From Candidatus Thorarchaeota archaeon (GTDB lineage: Archaea; Asgardarchaeota; Thorarchaeia; Thorarchaeales; Thorarchaeaceae): a stretch of 12,035 nt of DNA. This document shows positions 1 through 7,181 of the stretch, piece by piece (within the stretch, counting starts at the first letter, position 1; the number at the start of each line of letters is the position of its first letter). The DNA lies in the NCBI GenBank assembly GCA_048882485.1, contig JBHLRP010000075.1, forward strand, positions 1 to 12,035, read 5' to 3'. The notes under the pieces were generated by a model that searched no databases, had not been told where the DNA came from, and saw nothing but the letters and a program-made list of their open reading frames with translations. The translations under genes were made by a program, and so were the position numbers.

Positions 1-567
1 ATATTCGTTCTTCAGTTCGTGATGATTGGGACTGGAAAGAGCGTAAACGAGGACTTTGTGCGTTCAATGTCAAGGAGCGGTGACCCAAAGGAGCTCCTCG
101 GCGGCACTCTGTACTACGCATTTATGATGGTCGTCATTGGAATCCTCTGGTTCTACGTTCCTGCTGACGGTAATCTGGCCAATGCTACTCCATTGGCACT
201 GATCGTCTTTGGATGCCTAGCAGGAGGAGACGGATTCGCAGATGTTATTGGCCGAAAGTATGGAGGCGACAAGAAGTTCGGAATTGGTGGGGCTGAGAAG
301 ACATTTGCAGGTTTGATAGGGATGTTCATTGGGTCATTCCTGTTCAGCTTTGTCCTCGTGTTCCTGTTCTCAATCGAAGTGGCGACATTCTCAGTTGTCG
401 ACCTAATCATACCCATAGTAGTTGTGAGTCTTGTGGCAACCATCATTGAGGCAATAACACCGAAGGGCCTTGACAATCTGACCATCACCATTGTGGCTAT
501 CATCATGGTGCTTCTGCTACCCTTCATAGGCCTATATTGGCCGTTCCCAATGTTCAGTCTGTTCTAA
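1..567 (+). CDS. CTP-dependent prenyl-alcohol kinase, phytol/farnesol kinase (VTE5/FOLK)-like, dolichol kinase/cytidylyltransferase membrane family; 5'-truncated by the window
   Basis: Frame 1 is open from base 1 (IFVLQFVMIG...), so the true start lies upstream. The motifs VRSMSRSGDPKELLGGTLYY, GGDGFADVIGRKYG, KTFAG and IIEAITPKGLDNL match the phytol/farnesol/dolichol kinase signature, and there are several hydrophobic TM segments. Confidence 0.85.
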   Translation: MFVLQFVMIGTGKSVNEDFVRSMSRSGDPKELLGGTLYYAFMMVVIGILWFYVPADGNLANATPLALIVFGCLAGGDGFADVIGRKYGGDKKFGIGGAEKTFAGLIGMFIGSFLFSFVLVFLFSIEVATFSVVDLIIPIVVVSLVATIIEAITPKGLDNLTITIVAIIMVLLLPFIGLYWPFPMFSLF

Positions 568-585
568 CCTCTATGGTGGAGCCAA

Positions 586-1404
586 ATGAACAACGAGCTC
601 ACAGTCATCAAGCTTGGCGGTTCACTACTGACTGACAAAACGAAACCCTATACCTATAGGAAAGACGTGCTCGAATCTGTGTCACGTGAGATCAGGGAAT
701 GTCTTGATGAGGGCTTAATTAAGTCGCTTGTCCTGCTACATGGTGTGGGTTCCTACGGACATCCACCAGTTCTGGAGCACAAACTCCACAAAGGCTTCTT
801 GGGCCCTGATCAACTTCTACCACTCTCCAAGACACAAGAGAGTGTAGCTACCCTTCGGCACATCATTGTAAAGGAATTTCAGAATGCGGGAGTTCCGGTG
901 TGCCTAATGTATCCCTCTTCGATGGTGACATCTGAGAAGATGCAGATGACCAATTACTTCCTAGAGCCGCTGAAGGGCTTTGCCTCGCTTGGTATGATTC
1001 CTCTATTGGGAGGGGATATCTTAATCGACTCCGTCATGGGATGGAGTGTAGGCAGTGGAGACCAGCTGGCTGTCATCATTGCGAAGGAGCTAGGAGCCAA
1101 ACACCTGTTCTTTGCATCTGATGTAGCTGGACTCTACGATACAGATCCCAAGCTAAATCCAGATGCAGCTACCATTGATACAATCAACCTCAACAAACTG
1201 GAGGAAACCCTGCAGAGGATGGGTGCATCTGGAATTGATGACGCAAGTGGAGGAATGAAGGGGAAGATCAAGTCCTTAGTTCCAGCTAAGCCTCTGATAG
1301 AGAAAGGTCTGGAAGTTGGACTGCTTTCCATGATGAGCTATGGAAACTTGAAGGCCTATCTTAGAAACGAAGACTGTCAGTGTACACGAGTTGTTGTAGA
1401 ATAG
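586..1404 (+). CDS. ipk: Isopentenyl phosphate kinase (amino acid kinase superfamily)
   Basis: VIKLGGSLLTDK, LHGVGSYGH (IPK-specific His), GD...SGD, SDVAG and DASGGMKGK. SD-like GGTGGAG at 575-581; 18-bp gap after the upstream kinase gene. Confidence 0.88.
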   Translation: MNNELTVIKLGGSLLTDKTKPYTYRKDVLESVSREIRECLDEGLIKSLVLLHGVGSYGHPPVLEHKLHKGFLGPDQLLPLSKTQESVATLRHIIVKEFQNAGVPVCLMYPSSMVTSEKMQMTNYFLEPLKGFASLGMIPLLGGDILIDSVMGWSVGSGDQLAVIIAKELGAKHLFFASDVAGLYDTDPKLNPDAATIDTINLNKLEETLQRMGASGIDDASGGMKGKIKSLVPAKPLIEKGLEVGLLSMMSYGNLKAYLRNEDCQCTRVVVE

Positions 1405-1411
1405 ACATATT

Positions 1412-1434
1412 TGTGGGGTTCACAAAGCCCCACA
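1412..1434. terminator. Stem-loop between convergent ipk and glycosyltransferase genes (possible terminator or 3'-end stabiliser)
   Basis: TGTGGGGTT-CACAA-AGCCCCACA forms a 9-bp stem (one G-U pair on the + strand) with a 5-nt loop in the 33-bp gap between the two stop codons. A T-rich tract (CTTTTTCTTT, 1441-1450) follows on the + strand. Confidence 0.45.
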
Positions 1435-1437
1435 CAC

Positions 1438-2652
1438 TCACTTTTTCTTTCTATCAATCAGTTCTTGATAGATTGTCAATAGCTGTTTCGCATGCTGCAT
1501 AATGTCATATCTCTCCCTAACAGACATGAGTGCGTTTTGTGCAATTCGTTTCATGAGTTCATCGTCTGAAAGGAGCCTCTCGACGGCATCAGCAAGCGCA
1601 CGAACATCATTCGGTGGCACAGTAATTCCATCATAGTTATTCCTGACTATCTCCCGTGGACCAAACACATCTGTGGTCACCACTGGCACACCGCAGGCCA
1701 TTGCTTCAACTATTGAGAGTCCAAATGGCTCTCTTCTTGATGGGTAAAGAAAAATCCTGCTCTTGTTTATCAGAATAGGGACGTCCTCAGTCTTAACGAC
1801 GCCTTGATAGTCGACCATAGACGTGATGCCTTGTTTCTCGAATTCCTTGAATAATTCCTCTTTGAGAGACCCCTCGCCGGTCATCACCATCGTTAGATGG
1901 GGAAACTTGACTCTAAGGAGAGATAGCATCTCTGGAAACAAATCGACAGACTTCATTTCTTCGAGTCTACCCATGAATGCCAAGTCCCACTGTTTGTCCA
2001 TATCAGGTATTGGTCTAAAAACTGAGAGGTCTATCCCGCTGTATACTGTACGTAGTCTGTTGTGAAACTCCCCTTTGAGATACTTTTTGATAGTGCCTGC
2101 GACATTCTCGCTCACTGCTACAACAAGGTCGAACACAAATTCCTCGAAGAGCTCATCGTAGTCGGTGGTTTCTCTCCCATCTGGCAGAATGAGCGGCTTC
2201 GGAAGACCATGTATTGTCAATACTACTGGGACCTTGATTTCTGATTGCAGCCTCAGATTTGACAACACTCTGTTGAAAATCACATACGTACTATGTGCAT
2301 GAATCACATCTGGCTCAACCTTACAAATGAGCTTCTGGAGCTGGTCTGTGAGTCTATCAACGTTCTGGGCGATGTCTGTTGATTTGAAAAGCCTCTTGGC
2401 TGCTTCTGCCTTCTTTTCTTCAGGGAGTGCATAGAACTCCCATTTCCTAGCCTCAAGCAAGTTTCCAGTCAGGTGAAAGATTATGTAATGCTCCTTCTGA
2501 ACTGACTCTGGAGAGTCTCGATACGGTGACTGTGTGACTACAAACGATTCATGTCCCAATGAAGCCATCGCCTTTGAAAGATAATGGATGATGGACTCGT
2601 AACCACCAAGACCGGCAGGGTTAAGGCTATCACAAAGGTGGAGAATTCTCAT
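1438..2652 (-). CDS. Glycosyltransferase family 4 (GT-B fold, RfaB/WcaL-like)
   Basis: N-terminal MRILHL...GGYE, PDVIHAH, LTIHG, GIDLSVF, FMGRLEEMK and the ExFG...EAMA motif EPFGLSIVEAMACGVPVV. Confidence 0.93.
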   Translation of the reverse strand: MRILHLCDSLNPAGLGGYESIIHYLSKAMASLGHESFVVTQSPYRDSPESVQKEHYIIFHLTGNLLEARKWEFYALPEEKKAEAAKRLFKSTDIAQNVDRLTDQLQKLICKVEPDVIHAHSTYVIFNRVLSNLRLQSEIKVPVVLTIHGLPKPLILPDGRETTDYDELFEEFVFDLVVAVSENVAGTIKKYLKGEFHNRLRTVYSGIDLSVFRPIPDMDKQWDLAFMGRLEEMKSVDLFPEMLSLLRVKFPHLTMVMTGEGSLKEELFKEFEKQGITSMVDYQGVVKTEDVPILINKSRIFLYPSRREPFGLSIVEAMACGVPVVTTDVFGPREIVRNNYDGITVPPNDVRALADAVERLLSDDELMKRIAQNALMSVRERYDIMQHAKQLLTIYQELIDRKKK

Positions 2653-2711
2653 TCACAGTCACAATCAATCTCAGTAGGAGGCCCCTAATCTATCTAACGA
2701 GGAGCACACCA

Positions 2712-3797
2712 GTGAAGTCTGATGAGGAAAAACATCCAGCATTGGTTCCCCTTCCGGATAGAGTACGTGATCGAGATGTATTTCATGATAAGGTTGAAAG
2801 GGTCTATGTGACCCTCGGCTACATACAGCCAGAAGACAGAATCCTTTCGTTCTTCAAATACATTCCACATCCAGAAGGAAAGTGGCGAACAGCAGACCAA
2901 CGATACAAGCGTATCTTCTGGGGAGGGGGTGCATCAGCAGCCGAGGGTATGACCAAGGTTCCAGATGACTATCTTGTACACGATTCGCACTTCGGTAGTG
3001 ATCTCCTTGAGGTTCCTAGAACAGATGTTGAGAAGTACTTCAGTCCTGAGATTCGTGTGAAAGAGATTCTGGAATCTACATCACGTGATCCTCTTGAGGA
3101 GAGTGTCGCCCAGATGACTGAAACCCTCCATGACACACTTGGTATCCCCTTCGAAAGACTTGGCGTCACTGGCAGTATTGTATGGAAAGCGCATAACCCA
3201 AGCTTTTCTGACATCAACATGAACATCTATGGCTTTGATAGAGCCTGGCATCTACAGAAGGGTTATGATGAAGTTGCAGAGCGGAACCCTCACATGCGCC
3301 TTCGACAGATGCATGAATGGAAACGGACCATGGCCAGAGTCGTGGAACGTATTCCTGTTCTTCCTATCGAATCCATGAAAGAGCTGTTCACAAGGAGAAA
3401 GGGCCTTCTCTGTCATGAACGATCAATAGGAGTCATGCCAATACTTCTCCCTGATGAGGCTCCAATAACTCATGGTAGTGAGTCGTATGCAACAATAACA
3501 CCTGAACCAGTGCGAGTAAGCATGGAGATATCCGATGAAACATATGGCCTGTTTCTTCCTGCAATCTATCTGGGCGAGTCCCAACCTATCGAGCTTTTAG
3601 CTGACGAACGCGTCACTAGAATCATGGTCTATGAGGGGTCATTCCGTGGGCTCATTCGGAGTGGTGACAGAGTTGAGGTGTCCGGGATTATCCAAAGAGT
3701 TACACCCATAGATTTGGACACTGATCCATTCTATCAATTAATGGTTGGTTCAAAGGCTGGTGCAGGGAAGGAGTATATCAGACTTACAAATTCCTAG
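2712..3797 (+). CDS. Archaeal predicted nucleotidyltransferase (COG1665-like, Pol-beta superfamily core plus C-terminal OB-like domain); catalytic motif degenerate (DxN)
   Basis: RDRD...GY..P N-terminus, LGVTGS...SDINMNIYG, and C-terminal YEGSFR...GDRVEVSG. GTG start with SD GAGGAG at 2699-2704. Confidence 0.75.
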   Translation: MKSDEEKHPALVPLPDRVRDRDVFHDKVERVYVTLGYIQPEDRILSFFKYIPHPEGKWRTADQRYKRIFWGGGASAAEGMTKVPDDYLVHDSHFGSDLLEVPRTDVEKYFSPEIRVKEILESTSRDPLEESVAQMTETLHDTLGIPFERLGVTGSIVWKAHNPSFSDINMNIYGFDRAWHLQKGYDEVAERNPHMRLRQMHEWKRTMARVVERIPVLPIESMKELFTRRKGLLCHERSIGVMPILLPDEAPITHGSESYATITPEPVRVSMEISDETYGLFLPAIYLGESQPIELLADERVTRIMVYEGSFRGLIRSGDRVEVSGIIQRVTPIDLDTDPFYQLMVGSKAGAGKEYIRLTNS

Positions 3798-4867
3798 AAC
3801 TCGACGGTGTCAATCGTCTTGAGGACATTAGCCTCCCATCCCAGCGGATAGCTCAATGCGATTTGGTCGTACTCGGTTCTTCTCCTTTCAACATGCTCGA
3901 GTATTCCGGAAACTATCACCTCTTCATCTCTAAAGGCCATCATCCTGAACTGCTCAATATAGTTGAGGACTCTTGTTGGAGAGGCGCTTGAGTCGCCTTC
4001 AATCACCTCAAGTGTTTCAATTCCATACTCGCTGGGCATGTAGTAACTATCTTTGTGGTCTGTGATTCGTGCCCTGACGGTGATACGCTCACCCGGGGTC
4101 ATTATTGCGTCCTCAGCAAGGTTGTCAATCTCCTCAAATCTGCGAATTGGTTCAAACTCAACCTTCAGAAACTGGTCACGGACTCCAGGAAGGACTCCAT
4201 AAATCCCTTTTCGTCGGTGGTGAGCAATAATCTCCTCGCGGGTTATCGCGGTGAATGGAGAAGGCTTCTCCAGAAACTGCTGCACTTCAACAATGAACTC
4301 ATTGGCAAGATATCCGTTGGGCTCCGAATACCACTCGAGCAGATGTGGACGAAGCCGTTCAAAGGTCTTCCTTCCGTAGACTGTTATGTCCAAATCTGAG
4401 AATTGAGGATGATATATTCCAGCCAGAAGACTCCCAAATATGCCTAAGTCAGCCCTCTTTATTGATGTGTTTTCAACGAGGTAATCAATGAGTTCAACCA
4501 AGAGATTCGCAAGCAGGTCATCAGGCGGCGATTCAAGCATCTCCCTCAAACGAGCATCAGTCCTTAGCTCCTTTTGGATGTCATGATGTGTCACTCCAAC
4601 AAGGGTTGTTTTCAGTGGAGAATAGGGGATCATGAATTGAGGATACCTCTCTGTGACGAACTCGATACCCTCCGAGCCATAGAACTTACAGTACCCTTTC
4701 TTTCGAATTCGTTGGTCAAGGAGAGTCTCTGAGTTGAAGATTGACATGGGTACATATTCAGGGTCACAGACATAGCCTGATGATGGATGCCAATAGCCAT
4801 AGACCCGAAAGAAGATTCCAGGTTCTGTGAGAATGAGATCACGGTCTCGGAGTGTATGTTTTGACAA
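3794..4867 (-). CDS. Archaeal predicted nucleotidyltransferase (COG1665-like) with intact GS...DxD motif
   Basis: LRDRD...GYWHP, LGIFGSLLAGIYHPQFSDLDITVYG (hG[GS]-x-DhD), and C-terminal YIEQFR...DEEVIVSG. TTG start; the stop overlaps its paralog's stop in CTAG (3794-3797). Confidence 0.8.
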   Translation of the reverse strand: MSKHTLRDRDLILTEPGIFFRVYGYWHPSSGYVCDPEYVPMSIFNSETLLDQRIRKKGYCKFYGSEGIEFVTERYPQFMIPYSPLKTTLVGVTHHDIQKELRTDARLREMLESPPDDLLANLLVELIDYLVENTSIKRADLGIFGSLLAGIYHPQFSDLDITVYGRKTFERLRPHLLEWYSEPNGYLANEFIVEVQQFLEKPSPFTAITREEIIAHHRRKGIYGVLPGVRDQFLKVEFEPIRRFEEIDNLAEDAIMTPGERITVRARITDHKDSYYMPSEYGIETLEVIEGDSSASPTRVLNYIEQFRMMAFRDEEVIVSGILEHVERRRTEYDQIALSYPLGWEANVLKTIDTVEF

Positions 4868-4956
4868 TATTGCAGCCCCTGCTGAAGAGAAGTCGCGTTT
4901 ACGCCTGATGATAATCCTTGCCCTCGACAGCCAGACTCATTAGGCACGATTGTTAA

Positions 4957-6027
4957 TTGATAACCGTGTCGTTCGATAGACCTTTCGTACGAACAAAAGA
5001 GCGTGATGGAGAGAAGGCTAGACAGGCCCTTATTGACGCAAAACTTCTAGATACTGAGTGCAAGATAGCAAAAGACGAAGACTGGCTATACTTTCCACTG
5101 ACTCAGAAGAAGACAGAGAAAGGACTCAAGAAAATCCTTGGGAAAATAAAATATGAGATTGGTAGGCGAGAGTTCACACCAGTATTCATGGGTCCCAAGA
5201 CCCTTTCAGAAGCACTTGTAGGTCTTATTCCTTCAGATCTATTGGAATTGCTCCCTCGTGCGTACGACCTGATTGGCGATATCGCTGTCATAGAGATTCC
5301 TGATGAACTCACAGACTATGATCGCCAAATTGGTGCAGCTCTCAAGACAGTCCACAAGAATTTCAATACTGTACTCGGTAAGAAGGGTGCAATATCCGGA
5401 ACAACACGAGTACGTGAATATGAGGTGCTAGCAGGCCAGAATAAGACAAAGACCATTCACACAGAGTATAATCTTAGGATTGCGGTCGATGTCGCGAAGG
5501 CCTATTTCAGCCCAAGACTGCTTGAGGAACACAACAGAATCGCCGACTTGGTCACAGATGATGAGCTGGTCATTGACATGTTTACGGGAGTTGGACCCTT
5601 TGCATTACATATTGCAAGACGCCACAGGGTCAAGGTCTACGCAGTGGATATCAACCCGGATGCCATTGACCTGCTTCAAGAAAGCTTGGAGCTAAATCGT
5701 TTCGCCGGAGAAGTCATCCCAATACTAGGAGATACCCATGAATACATTCAGAGCGGCTTTGATGGTGATGTCGACCGCGTGATTATGAACCATCCTTCAG
5801 GGGCATTCGAGTTTGTGGTGGATGCCTGCAAAGCTCTGAAACCGGAAGGCATCATGCATTACTATGAGTTTATTGGAGGGGACGACCCCGAGGGCAGCCT
5901 GACCGAGAGGATTACTAGTCTTGTCGAGGAAGCTGGCAGACAGGTTGCTCGGATTGAAACGATTCGTAGAGTGCGTGATAGCGCGCCTCATGAGTACCAG
6001 GTGGTTGCTGATGTTGTCATTCGGTGA
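4957..6027 (+). CDS. trm5: tRNA (guanine37-N1)-methyltransferase Trm5 (Met-10+ family, with N-terminal D1 domain)
   Basis: PRAYDLIGDIAVI, TIHTEY...DVAKAYFSPRL..E, SAM motif DMFTGVGPFAL, VDINP, DRVIMNHP and R.VR.SAP. The ~75-aa N-terminal extension is consistent with D1 of Trm5b/c-type enzymes. Confidence 0.88.
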   Translation: MITVSFDRPFVRTKERDGEKARQALIDAKLLDTECKIAKDEDWLYFPLTQKKTEKGLKKILGKIKYEIGRREFTPVFMGPKTLSEALVGLIPSDLLELLPRAYDLIGDIAVIEIPDELTDYDRQIGAALKTVHKNFNTVLGKKGAISGTTRVREYEVLAGQNKTKTIHTEYNLRIAVDVAKAYFSPRLLEEHNRIADLVTDDELVIDMFTGVGPFALHIARRHRVKVYAVDINPDAIDLLQESLELNRFAGEVIPILGDTHEYIQSGFDGDVDRVIMNHPSGAFEFVVDACKALKPEGIMHYYEFIGGDDPEGSLTERITSLVEEAGRQVARIETIRRVRDSAPHEYQVVADVVIR

Positions 6028-6442
6028 CAAAGAGGATCTCACATTGCAATTGCGTTTTATGATTCCTCAAAGCATCAACGAATGAGCGGTCCAAATCAAC
6101 GGCAGCCTTGTCTGCGCCTACCATGAGTGTCCTATCACAAATGAATGAGCTTTTTCTTGCCACCATGCTGACCGTATCTAAATATGTGAGTCTTGGATCC
6201 CCTCTTCCTGTTATCTCCTCCATGAGATTACCCACCTTCAACTTCAGAACGATCTTGGTCTTTTTTGATGCCGCAAGTGCCTTTATTTTGGGGGGGACCT
6301 CATTCAATGATTTGTCAGCTCGGACCCCTATGATGCATGTGCCCCTCTGAGTGAGAAAGTCTTCAGTGGTGATCTCCACTGTGGTCCTGTGATTTGCAAG
6401 CACATTTACATGCCCACAGGCCTGAAAGTGCACACTCTGCAT
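6017..6442 (-). CDS. DUF371 family protein (COG2090), function unknown
   Basis: GHVNVLANHRTTVEITTEDFLTQRGTCIIGV, G.GDPRLT, SMVARKS.F...RT...ADKAA.DLDR. Confidence 0.88.
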   Translation of the reverse strand: MQSVHFQACGHVNVLANHRTTVEITTEDFLTQRGTCIIGVRADKSLNEVPPKIKALAASKKTKIVLKLKVGNLMEEITGRGDPRLTYLDTVSMVARKSSFICDRTLMVGADKAAVDLDRSFVDALRNHKTQLQCEILFVTE

Positions 6443-6461
6443 AGCGAAAACATGGCGGTCA

Positions 6462-6474
6462 ACGCTTTTATCAT
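6462..6474. promoter_or_regulatory. Putative shared TATA element for divergent DUF371 and pcm genes
   Basis: TTTTATCA at 6466-6473 lies about 25-30 bp from both the DUF371 ATG (6442) and the pcm ATG (6499). This fits leaderless archaeal transcripts; neither start has an obvious SD. Confidence 0.4.
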
Positions 6475-6498
6475 TGCATGTTCATTCGTGTATTGGTA

Positions 6499-7179
6499 AT
6501 GATGCGGGACAGCTCACTAGAAAAGCAGAAGGAAAACCTCGCTCACAGTCTTCAACGCAGAGGTTACCTCAAGACAGATGCAGTAAAACGCGCATTCATG
6601 GCTGTCCCCCGCGAGGAGTTTGTGCTACCAGAGTCCAGAAAACATTCCTACCGCGACTCGCCCCTCTCCATAGGACTTGGTCAGACAATCTCAGCTCCGC
6701 ACATGTGTGTCATTATGTGTGAAGGCCTTAATCTGACTGAGGGGCTTAGCGTCTTAGAAGTGGGTGCAGGTTCTGGCTATCACGCCGCTCTATGTGCTGA
6801 GATAGTGGCACCACCGAACTCCCCCAATCCAGGACACGTCTATACCATTGAGATTGTCAAGGGCCTCATTGACTTTGCACAGGGCAATCTTGAACGTGCA
6901 GGATATGCAGACAGAGTGACCCTGATTCAGGGTGATGGCGGCAAAGGCCTGCCTGATGAGGCTCCGTTCGACAGAATACTTGTTGCGGCCGCTGCCCCAA
7001 CTGTTCCCCCGCCTCTGATAGAACAGCTCCGACCTGGAGGGATTATGCTAATCCCAGTAGGATCTCGCGGGTTCTATCAAGAGCTGATGATGGTTCAGAA
7101 GGATGAAGACTCGAAAGTGACGAAGAGAAGATGGGGTGGGGTGGCTTTTGTGCCTCTCACTGGAGAGTTTGGTCACTAA
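6499..7179 (+). CDS. pcm: Protein-L-isoaspartate O-methyltransferase
   Basis: VPREEF, GQTISAPHM, VLEVGAGSGYHAA, GDGGKG, APFDRILVAAA, LRPGG.MLIPVG, VAFVPL.G. Start chosen at ATG 6499 from TATA spacing; 6478 and 6502 are alternatives. Confidence 0.95.
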   Translation: MMRDSSLEKQKENLAHSLQRRGYLKTDAVKRAFMAVPREEFVLPESRKHSYRDSPLSIGLGQTISAPHMCVIMCEGLNLTEGLSVLEVGAGSGYHAALCAEIVAPPNSPNPGHVYTIEIVKGLIDFAQGNLERAGYADRVTLIQGDGGKGLPDEAPFDRILVAAAAPTVPPPLIEQLRPGGIMLIPVGSRGFYQELMMVQKDEDSKVTKRRWGGVAFVPLTGEFGH

Positions 7180-7181
7180 AA

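Noticed and set aside
153-527. 124-aa antisense ORF, and the other short alternative ORFs (e.g. 4055-4399, 4630-4947, 10704-11054, 11359-11616)
   Set aside because: All lie on top of well-supported genes and have no recognisable motifs; they are shadow ORFs.
1402-1434. UAG stop of ipk followed by a hairpin, as a possible pyrrolysine or readthrough signal
   Set aside because: IPK is already full length at the UAG, and readthrough would add only a short tail antisense to the GT4 gene.
2712-4867. NTase pair as an MNT-HEPN toxin-antitoxin or CBASS/cGAS-like defence system
   Set aside because: The proteins are much larger than MNTs, there is no HEPN or effector gene nearby, and the context is core housekeeping rather than a defence island.
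4868-4956. Possible C/D box sRNA in the 89-bp spacer (CTGA at 4882-4885, TGATGA at 4906-4911)
   Set aside because: Box order and spacing do not give a C-D'-C'-D layout, and the spacer must also hold two divergent promoters.
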